A stretch of 64,000 bases of DNA, from contig JAUWIJ010000006.1 of NCBI GenBank assembly GCA_030605415.1, forward strand, positions 2,335-66,334, read 5' to 3'. Under the pieces are notes generated by a model. It ran no database searches. It was not told where the DNA came from and worked only from the letters and a program-made list of their open reading frames with translations. Made by a program: the position numbers and the translations under genes. Below, one piece after another: positions 53,452-60,627 of this stretch. This stretch comes from an archaeon. Its GTDB lineage: Archaea; Nanobdellota; Nanobdellia; Pacearchaeales; GW2011-AR1. Numbering within the stretch: the first letter of the stretch is position 1; each line of letters opens with the position of its first letter.

Positions 53452-54408
53452 ATGAGTCACATAGAAATTAAAAAAACAAAAGGCAATAATTATGCATCTT
53501 TTGTAAAGAAAGTAGTTTTTATGGGAGATCTTCATGTCATTAAAAAAAGCATGGGATTACAATCCTCAACTATTAATAAAGAAAAATTTTTATTCGATAA
53601 TCTTGATTTAATAACAAAAGAAGAATTTGATTTTAGAAAAAAATATTTAAATCAGATTAGCTCGAAAATTTCTCACAATGAAAAGTTGCCAGAAAAGATA
53701 GAGTTAGCTTCTATAAGATTAAATAATTTAATCGATGCTAAAAATTGTCAAGAAATGGTTGATATAGAATTTGCTAAAGAATTTATTTTTAATTCAAATA
53801 ATATTGAAGGATCTAAAATTCCTCCTCATGCCGTTAGGGAAATTATCGATAAAGGAGATACTAAATATTCTGACAAAAATGAGGTCAAGGAAGTAAAGAA
53901 TTCCATCGAGGCATTTAATTATTTGAAAAAATCCTTTAAATTTAATATTCTCTCTATGAAAAAACTTTATCATGTTTTGACAAAGGATTTAGAAATGCAA
54001 AAAGGGATTCTTTACCCAAGGGGTTTTAAAAAAGTTCAAAACGTAGTGGGCAATTCTATAACCACTGCTCCAGAAAATGTAGAATCTGAACTGATTGATT
54101 TATTAAAATGGTATAGAAAAAACAAGAATAAAATTCATCCTTTGATTTTAGCCTTTGAATTTCATAAGCGATATGAAGGAATCCATCCTTTTTTAGACGG
54201 CAATGGAAGAACTGGAAGATTGATTACGAATAAGATTCTTATGAGTAATGGATATCAGCCGATAATAGTTTATAAGGATAATAAAGAATCGTATTTCAAT
54301 TCTTTGGCTAAAGCTAATGAGAGTATATCAAAAAAATATTACCAGTTCATGCTGGAACAAACAAGAAAAAGTTATGATTTCTTAGAAAGTGTTATAGAAA
54401 AATATTAA
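53452..54408 (+). CDS. fic: Fic/DOC family protein
   Basis: Canonical Fic motif HPFLDGNGRTGR. Confidence 0.85.
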   Translation: MSHIEIKKTKGNNYASFVKKVVFMGDLHVIKKSMGLQSSTINKEKFLFDNLDLITKEEFDFRKKYLNQISSKISHNEKLPEKIELASIRLNNLIDAKNCQEMVDIEFAKEFIFNSNNIEGSKIPPHAVREIIDKGDTKYSDKNEVKEVKNSIEAFNYLKKSFKFNILSMKKLYHVLTKDLEMQKGILYPRGFKKVQNVVGNSITTAPENVESELIDLLKWYRKNKNKIHPLILAFEFHKRYEGIHPFLDGNGRTGRLITNKILMSNGYQPIIVYKDNKESYFNSLAKANESISKKYYQFMLEQTRKSYDFLESVIEKY

Positions 54409-54462
54409 ATATTTATCCACTCACCAAAGACACACATCTCTAGTCACGGCGGCTGGGGCATA

Positions 54463-57333
54463 CTAGATTTTTAAACTAACTATTTTTGAGATGTTTTCTT
54501 GCATACTTACTCCGTAGAGATTTTTGGCTTCGGAAATTAAAGTGTCGTTGTGAGTTATGACGATGTATTGACCCGTTGTTATGTATTTTTTGAGGAGGGC
54601 GGCAAGGAGTTCGGAGTTACGTTTGTCAAGGGCGGCATCAATTTCGTCGAAAACATAGAAGCAATATGGTTTGTATTCCTGGATTGCAAAAATCAGCGAG
54701 AGGGCGACCATTGTTTTTTCTCCTCCCGAGAGAGAAGTGACGTCGAAATATTTATTTCGTGAAACTTTTATTATAATATTTAATCCACCTTCAAACGGTC
54801 CTTTTTTGTTTTCGAGTTCGAGGAATACCTGACCTTTTCTGGAAAGCTGCGAGAAATTTCTCGTAAAATATTCGTTGATAACAGTTAAGGTTGTGATAAA
54901 TGATTTCTTTTTCTTTTTGTCAATTTCGGCGATGATATTTTGGATTTTATCTTTTTCTTTTGAAATTATTTCGACTTTGTTTTGAATTAGTTGGACTTGT
55001 TCGCCCACTTTATCAAACACTTCAAGTGCTCTTAAATTTACATTACCAAGTCTTGATATCCGAAATTGTGATTTTTGCAGTCGTTCTTTAATCTGATTAG
55101 TTGGCATAGCGAGGAGTTTGACTTGCCCTATTTCAGATAGCTCAGATTTTAATGAATCAATTTGAGCGGCGAATTGCGCTTTCTGAATTTTGTTGTGATT
55201 TATCTTATCTTCGATATTTTTTACAGTGTGTTGCATTCCTATAATATCAGTTTCCAAAACTTTTTGCTGGTCCTGCAATTCGTTTCTTTGATCGAAGAAT
55301 TTTTGCGCTTTTTCATATAATTTTTGTTCTTCGATTTCTTTTTTAACTGCGTCTTTATCTTTCTCTGTAATTTGCGATTCTATTTTTCGCAACTCTATTT
55401 CGGATTCTTCTATATCTCTCATGACTGATTTCAACTCAACAGAAAGTCGATTAATTTCCTTTCTTTTTATTGTAATTTCTGTATCGACATCCATATCAGC
55501 GAATGAGATTTCCTGAAGGGTTAGTCTTGCTTCGTCATATTTTTCTTCAATATTTTTTAAGTTTTCGTATTTACTTCTTATTAAATGAATTTTTTCATTG
55601 GTCGATTTTAATTCTTCTTTTATTTCTGTTTGATTTTTTGTGATTCGTTTTATTTGCTCTTTTTTTTCTTCCGAATTTTTTAGTTTTATTTGATCAATGT
55701 CAAGTTCGTTAAGTTTTGTCCTCAGCGTCGACAATCTTTCCTTGAAGTGGTTTGTTTTTTTGACTTCTTCAGTTCGTATTTTAATATTTTTTTCAACTTC
55801 ATATTTTGCTGATTCTATTTTTGCACTTGCCGTTGTTGATATTTTGTGTTTGTGACTGTCTTCAACATTTTGTTTACAGATGGGGCAGAATTGTAATTGA
55901 GTAATATCGGTTTTCAGTTTCTCCTCTCTTTTTATATTCATTTCTAAGATTGCGTTTCTCTTTTCTCTTTCAAGGATTTCTCTTTCAAGATTTGATATTT
56001 GCTCAATTACCGTTTCAATTTTTGATTTTGTTTCGATATTCAATTCTTTGTTTGTTTCAGTTGATTTTGAATATTTTATTTCGTTGAATGATGAAGTGAT
56101 TGTTTGTTCGATTAGTTGAATTTCTTTAGATGATTCAATGAGGAATTTTTCTTTTTGAGATTTTTGATTTTCTAAGGTTGATAAGTCTGATTTTAAAATG
56201 TAGAATTTTCTTCTTTGCTGTTCGAGGATGTCGAATTTTTCCTGAAGGATTTTTTGTTGTTTTTGTTGTTCTTTTATTTCCGGAGAGGCAGTTTGTATTT
56301 TTGATATTTCGAGATTTAGTTTTTCTATTTTGTTTTTGAAGTTAGAGATTTTTTCTTTTCCCTGAATCATTCTATTGTTGAAGTTTTCACGACGGACATC
56401 TAATCCTGCAAGGTCTGCTTTTAGGTCTGAGATTTCCCGATGTAATACTTCCTGTTCGTTACTGGTTGAAGATTGAATTTGTTTATTTATTATTAGTATT
56501 TTGTTTTGCAGGTTATTAACGCTAGAATTTTTTTCATAAATTTGTTTTCGGAGTTTCTCGATTTCAGAGTTGTAATCTTCGATAGTTTTGTTTATTTCAG
56601 AAGTTTCTTTTTCTTTGCTATTTATTGTTTTTGCTATTAGAGTTGCCTTGCATTGTTTGATTGTAGTTTCGAGTTTTTGATAAGAGATTGCTTCTTGTCT
56701 TTCTTTGTCGAGATTTTTCAAATATGATGTTCGTTCTTTGAGGACAGCTGTGACTTCTTTTAGTTTTTCGTCGGTCTTTTCAAATTCTTTCAGAGATTTT
56801 TGTTTTCGTGTTTCGTAAATTGAGATACCTGCTACATCTTCTATTATTTTTCGCCGTTCTTCCGGAGTTGCTTGAACTAAAGATTGTATTTCGCCTTGGA
56901 GCACAATGTTAAATCCGTTTGGGTCGATGCCAGCTTGAGCCATAAGTTCCAAGATGTCTTGTCGGGTTTTTGTTTGTCCGTTTATTCTATAAATTGATTG
57001 TCCGGTTTTTCGGACGATTCGTTTAATTGTAACTTCTGATGTGTCGATACCGAATGTTTTATCGGAGTTGTCGAAGACTAATTCTACTGATGCTTCTTGT
57101 GAGCCTTTGTATGTTTTATTTCCTGAGAAAAGTAAGTTTGCGGCTTTTGCGGCCCGAATTGATTTAATTGAGAGTCGACCGAGGACAAAGCAGAGTGCGT
57201 CGGTGACGTTTGATTTTCCACTCCCGTTTGGTCCGACGACAACGTTCATTGTGTTTTCCAGTGGTATCTCGGTTTTTCGTGCGAAAGATTTGAACCCATG
57301 CATCACCATCTTTTTTATATATGTCATGGGCAT
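54463..57333 (-). CDS. smc: SMC-family ATPase (956 aa) with a central CxxC instead of a recognisable hinge
   Basis: SMC head (GFKSF...GPNGSGKSN, VLQGEI...PEERR, LSGGEKT, DEIDAALD). Coiled-coil throughout, with CPIC at residues 483-486 of 956. Confidence 0.8.
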   Translation of the reverse strand: MPMTYIKKMVMHGFKSFARKTEIPLENTMNVVVGPNGSGKSNVTDALCFVLGRLSIKSIRAAKAANLLFSGNKTYKGSQEASVELVFDNSDKTFGIDTSEVTIKRIVRKTGQSIYRINGQTKTRQDILELMAQAGIDPNGFNIVLQGEIQSLVQATPEERRKIIEDVAGISIYETRKQKSLKEFEKTDEKLKEVTAVLKERTSYLKNLDKERQEAISYQKLETTIKQCKATLIAKTINSKEKETSEINKTIEDYNSEIEKLRKQIYEKNSSVNNLQNKILIINKQIQSSTSNEQEVLHREISDLKADLAGLDVRRENFNNRMIQGKEKISNFKNKIEKLNLEISKIQTASPEIKEQQKQQKILQEKFDILEQQRRKFYILKSDLSTLENQKSQKEKFLIESSKEIQLIEQTITSSFNEIKYSKSTETNKELNIETKSKIETVIEQISNLEREILEREKRNAILEMNIKREEKLKTDITQLQFCPICKQNVEDSHKHKISTTASAKIESAKYEVEKNIKIRTEEVKKTNHFKERLSTLRTKLNELDIDQIKLKNSEEKKEQIKRITKNQTEIKEELKSTNEKIHLIRSKYENLKNIEEKYDEARLTLQEISFADMDVDTEITIKRKEINRLSVELKSVMRDIEESEIELRKIESQITEKDKDAVKKEIEEQKLYEKAQKFFDQRNELQDQQKVLETDIIGMQHTVKNIEDKINHNKIQKAQFAAQIDSLKSELSEIGQVKLLAMPTNQIKERLQKSQFRISRLGNVNLRALEVFDKVGEQVQLIQNKVEIISKEKDKIQNIIAEIDKKKKKSFITTLTVINEYFTRNFSQLSRKGQVFLELENKKGPFEGGLNIIIKVSRNKYFDVTSLSGGEKTMVALSLIFAIQEYKPYCFYVFDEIDAALDKRNSELLAALLKKYITTGQYIVITHNDTLISEAKNLYGVSMQENISKIVSLKI

Positions 57334-57378
57334 GAGAGGAAATTTGGGTTTTTAAAAATATATATTTTTGAAAATTGT

Positions 57379-57458
57379 CCAGTAGGTATCTTTGGTGAGC
57401 TACCCAGTAGGTGATCTGGTGAGCTAAAGTTTTTACTCAGTAGGGGATGTGATTTAGG
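57379..57458 (+). repeat. Tandem ~24-nt repeat (2.5 copies) between smc start and rnhB end
   Basis: ccagtaggtatctttggtgagcta / cccagtaggtgatctggtgagcta / ctcagtaggggatgtgatttagg. Confidence 0.7.
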
Positions 57459-57468
57459 GGTTGTCAAG

Positions 57469-58122
57469 TTAGAATAACTTTTCCTGATTTTTGGCTTTGA
57501 TAAGTTTCTTAACAGTCTTCCACGAGAATCGGATTATGTGTTTGTATTTTTTATTGTTGAAATTTTTTGCGATGAATTCTTTTGTTTTTGGGTCGGCGGG
57601 ATAGCCTGAGCCGAAGTTTTTTTTGAGTTGTAATTTTAGTTTATAAATTTCATCTTCTCTTTTTTCTTTGGCAATGATTGATGCGGCTGATACAACTGGG
57701 TGATTAAAGTCGGCTTTATGCTCGCAAGATAGTTGGACAATTTCTGGTTTTTTAATAAGTTGTTGGACGTCGTCAGACCATGCCTGAATATTTACAGAGG
57801 GGCAGTCGACGATGACCTTTACTTTTTCATTTAAATTTTTAGTTAATTCGTTAATTATTTTTGCAGTTTTAATCGCTTCAAGGTAATTAAGATTTGAGGA
57901 TTCATCAATTTCTTTTGGCTGTGTGATTTCGATGTGATATTTGAATTGTTGTTTTATTTTTTCTTTTATCTCTCTTCTTATTTTTGGAGTCAAGAGCTTT
58001 GAATCTTTCGCACCCCAAGATTGAATTATTTTTTCCTCTTTTGGTTTAATCAGAACGCCCGCCAAAATCATTGGGCCCAAGACTGGTCCCCGTCCTGCGT
58101 CGTCGATGCCTAAAAGTTTCAT
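57469..58122 (-). CDS. rnhB: Ribonuclease HII
   Basis: GIDDAGRGPVLGPM N-terminal catalytic motif, and typical length. Confidence 0.9.
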   Translation of the reverse strand: MKLLGIDDAGRGPVLGPMILAGVLIKPKEEKIIQSWGAKDSKLLTPKIRREIKEKIKQQFKYHIEITQPKEIDESSNLNYLEAIKTAKIINELTKNLNEKVKVIVDCPSVNIQAWSDDVQQLIKKPEIVQLSCEHKADFNHPVVSAASIIAKEKREDEIYKLKLQLKKNFGSGYPADPKTKEFIAKNFNNKKYKHIIRFSWKTVKKLIKAKNQEKLF

Positions 58123-58173
58123 GTAATTATATATTAGTTAGATTTAAAAGTCTTGAGTATGATTTCTTTCCAT

Positions 58174-58355
58174 AGCGAGATGGAGCAGTCTGGTCAGCTC
58201 GTGAGGCCCATAACCTCGTTTCGGATTAGAAATCCTCACTAAGTGTTCATCCTTCACACTTAAAGGTCGTGTGGTTCAACCGTCGCTTCGGAGAAGCTCG
58301 GCCGAAATCTTACAGATTTCTAAAAGTCCATAAAGAACTTTTTATCACGCTCTAT
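58174..58355 (+). pseudogene. Degenerate tRNA-Met paralog carrying two intron-like insertions
   Basis: The first 44 nt are identical to tRNA-Met. A 45-nt insert follows the anticodon stem, and cassette B lies in the T loop (58280-58343). The 3' acceptor strand lacks cgc, so it cannot pair. Confidence 0.65.
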
Positions 58356-58401
58356 TTTTCAAAAGAAAGCTTTATAATGCGTTTTTATCATTTAATATTA
58401 T

Positions 58402-58477
58402 AGCGAGATGGAGCAGTCTGGTCAGCTCGTGAGGCCCATAACCTCAAGGTCGCGTGGTTCAAATCCCGCTCTCGCTA
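58402..58477 (+). tRNA. tRNA-Met (anticodon CAU), possibly initiator-like (A1:U72)
   Basis: Acceptor AGCGAGA/TCTCGCT, anticodon arm TGAGG-CCCATAA-CCTCA, T arm GCG(T)GG-TTCAAAT-CCCGC with one extra nucleotide. Confidence 0.85.
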
Positions 58478-58591
58478 TTTTGTTTTGAGCAGGATTTGAA
58501 ACTAAGCGACTCGCGTGGCGAAAACCTTTGCTCGAATTTTTTGTTATGTTGTTTTCTAAAACTATATAAGTTTTATTTTGTTTATATTTTT

Positions 58592-59182
58592 ATGAAAAAT
58601 TCCAATTCCTATGTTCTCGCGGGAGTGTTCTTTATTTTTTTGCAAATTATTGTGATAATCAGAAATTTGTATTTTGATTTTGCGTATTTCTTTTGGTTCT
58701 GCGATTTCGTGCCGATAATTTTGGCCCTGGCATTTTTCCTAAAAAAAGATTACGTCATAAAAGGGATTGTTAACATTGGATTATTTCCCCAAATTGTTTA
58801 TATATTTGGCTTTATTATAAAAATATTTTTGGGAATTTCTTTTCTGAGTGAGGTGGAATTACTTTTGACTTATAATATATTTATAATTTTTTCATCCGTT
58901 TTTGTTCATCTAGCTACGATAATTGCATTTGGTTTTACATACAAAGTTAGGCCGACGAAAGAGACGCTTGTTTATTCTTTGCTGGGATTGGTTTTGATTT
59001 ATCTTGTGATGATTTTTTTTACAGCTCCTGTAGATGATATCAATTATGTCTTTTTGTTAAGTAACTTTTTCGGAGTTGATGTGTTTTCGGTTTTTTGGAT
59101 TCCTATAACTTTTTTACTTGTAGTCCTCCCGACTCAGGGATTTCAATATTTAATTTATAGGTATTTTGGGAAACATAATTAG
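58592..59182 (+). CDS. Hypothetical polytopic membrane protein
   Basis: Start trimmed to MKNSNSY because the track ORF start overlaps the tRNA. About 6 hydrophobic helices. Confidence 0.5.
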   Translation: MKNSNSYVLAGVFFIFLQIIVIIRNLYFDFAYFFWFCDFVPIILALAFFLKKDYVIKGIVNIGLFPQIVYIFGFIIKIFLGISFLSEVELLLTYNIFIIFSSVFVHLATIIAFGFTYKVRPTKETLVYSLLGLVLIYLVMIFFTAPVDDINYVFLLSNFFGVDVFSVFWIPITFLLVVLPTQGFQYLIYRYFGKHN

Positions 59183-59255
59183 GGATTTGGGGTTAGGTAT
59201 TTGGGATTTGAGGGGAAGGGAACGGGACAAGATAGGGATTGGGAGCGGGGATTTG
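59180..59255 (+). repeat. G-rich low-complexity repeat (copy R13)
   Basis: gggatttggggttaggtatttgggatttgaggggaagggaacgggacaagatagggattgggagcgggg begins on the stop codon. Confidence 0.8.
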
Positions 59256-59259
59256 AAAA

Positions 59260-59539
59260 GATGCCTGCACTATTCACAATTCACACCTCGTAAAATTATC
59301 TTTTGAATTGTGTTTTACTCGGAGCAAATTGTTCAGCCAAACGCCCGTTTGTTCACTTACCGCCAACTTTTTATATTGTTATTTCTAATTGTTTTCATGT
59401 GGGGATGCCTACGTTATTCACAATTTGCATTTCGCAATCATATTAAAATTCGTTGGATTACTCAAAGCGAATTGCTCAGCCAAACGCCCGTTTGTTCACT
59501 CCGATAATTTTATAACCTTTATTCCTTGCATAATTTTAT
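59260..59539 (-). repeat. Two inverted cassette-A copies, each preceded by a tRNA-Leu 5' fragment
   Basis: gatgcc plus unit at 59266-59357, and atgtggggatgcc plus unit at 59410-59500. The units are the reverse complement of cassette A, and each contains ccaaacgccc resembling the tRNA-Leu D loop. Confidence 0.75.
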
Positions 59540-59623
59540 GTGGGGATGCCGGAGTGGCCAAACGGGCTGGCTTTAAGCGCCAGTAGCTTTACGCTTACGG
59601 GGGTTCGAATCCTCCTCCCCACA
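59540..59623 (+). tRNA. tRNA-Leu (anticodon UAA), class II
   Basis: Acceptor GTGGGGA/TCCCCAC, anticodon arm CTGGC-TTTAAGC-GCCAG, a long variable arm, and T arm GGGGG-TTCGAAT-CCTCC. Confidence 0.9.
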
Positions 59624-59742
59624 TGAGGATGAGAACCCTGTGCTTCGATTCCTTGCTTGTGAGATTTATCGAGTCAAGCAGCGAGGATTTTCAATCCGGC
59701 GCCCTCCCCACATGAGGATGAGAACTCCATGTTTCGATTCCC
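59624..59742 (+). repeat. Duplicated tRNA-Leu 3' end plus trailer
   Basis: ctccccacatgaggatgagaac.c..tg.ttcgattcc occurs at 59615-59652 and 59704-59741, separated by a hairpin and a degenerate T-arm-like piece. Confidence 0.75.
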
Positions 59743-59777
59743 AAGATTTATTAATGTATTAAATTGTTTTTTATTAT

Positions 59778-59850
59778 GCCTTCGTAGCTCAGTTGATAGA
59801 GCGCAACACTCGTAATGTTGAGGTCACGGGTTTGACTCCCGTCGGAGGCT
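59778..59850 (+). tRNA. tRNA-Thr (anticodon CGU)
   Basis: Acceptor GCCTTCG/CGGAGGC, anticodon arm CAACA-CTCGTAA-TGTTG, T arm ACGGG-TTTGACT-CCCGT, D loop AGTTGATA. Confidence 0.9.
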
Positions 59851-59958
59851 TAGAAACACGTGACCGGTCACGGTGAACAAAACGCTTTGAGCAAAACAAA
59901 AGTTTAAAATATTTTTGCGAGATGCATTTTGTGAATAGTTTGACTCCCGTCGGAGGCT
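59851..59958 (+). repeat. Cassette-A unit next to tRNA-Thr
   Basis: tagaaacacgtgacc, then ggtcacgg, then tgaacaaaacgctttgagc...gcattttgtgaatag, then tttgactcccgtcggaggct. Confidence 0.8.
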
Positions 59959-59999
59959 TAGATTATTTTTAGAAGAATAATATTTATAAAAGCTTTTGA

Positions 60000-60215
60000 A
60001 TGTTAATTGAAATGGAAGGATTTGACTTGACGAAATTTCAGGAGAAGGGTAAGGAGCAAGACAAGATTCGTAAAATTATGGGAAAGATTTTATCTGGACG
60101 AGATGGTTATGAAGTGATTATTGAAGAGAAGAAGAAAATTAAGAGATGTCCTGAGTGTGATTGGGCATTAGAGGGTGGGGAGAAATTCTGCCCTGAATGT
60201 GGGGCGAAAGTTTAG
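60000..60215 (+). CDS. Small zinc-ribbon protein
   Basis: C-terminal CPECD...CPECG ribbon. Confidence 0.4.
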   Translation: MLIEMEGFDLTKFQEKGKEQDKIRKIMGKILSGRDGYEVIIEEKKKIKRCPECDWALEGGEKFCPECGAKV

Positions 60216-60217
60216 GT

Positions 60218-60550
60218 TTAACTCATCTCCCCGATTCTTTCCCCGTAATCACATTTTGTACATTGCAATAAATATATCCAATCCTCGTCGCCGTACATTA
60301 TTCCGAGGTCAATCACTCTGCATTTGTCGTTCCCACATTCTGGACATTTGAAATCGTATCCTGTTTTGGGATTATTTTCTGCCGCTCCAGTTCCCAATTT
60401 CTTTTGTTTGAGATTTTCAGTCATCAATATTTTATTATCTTCGGTATACTTTTCCTTCAAATCGCATTTGGAACATACAAGATATTTCTCATTATTTTCA
60501 GTTACTATCTTCAATATACTATTACATTTTTGGCAAAATTTTATTGACAT
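60218..60550 (-). CDS. Transcription factor S / RpoM-like double zinc-ribbon protein
   Basis: N-terminal ribbon CQKC...CSKC and C-terminal ribbon CPECG...CTKC with an acidic loop (YGDEDW). Diverges from the canonical TFS QxRSADE. Confidence 0.55.
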   Translation of the reverse strand: MSIKFCQKCNSILKIVTENNEKYLVCSKCDLKEKYTEDNKILMTENLKQKKLGTGAAENNPKTGYDFKCPECGNDKCRVIDLGIMYGDEDWIYLLQCTKCDYGERIGEMS

Positions 60551-60627
60551 GTTATATTGAGTTGACAGGGATACATAAAGTTTTCTGCAACGATTAACTT
60601 TAAAATCTGGCTTTATTTCTATTTGTT

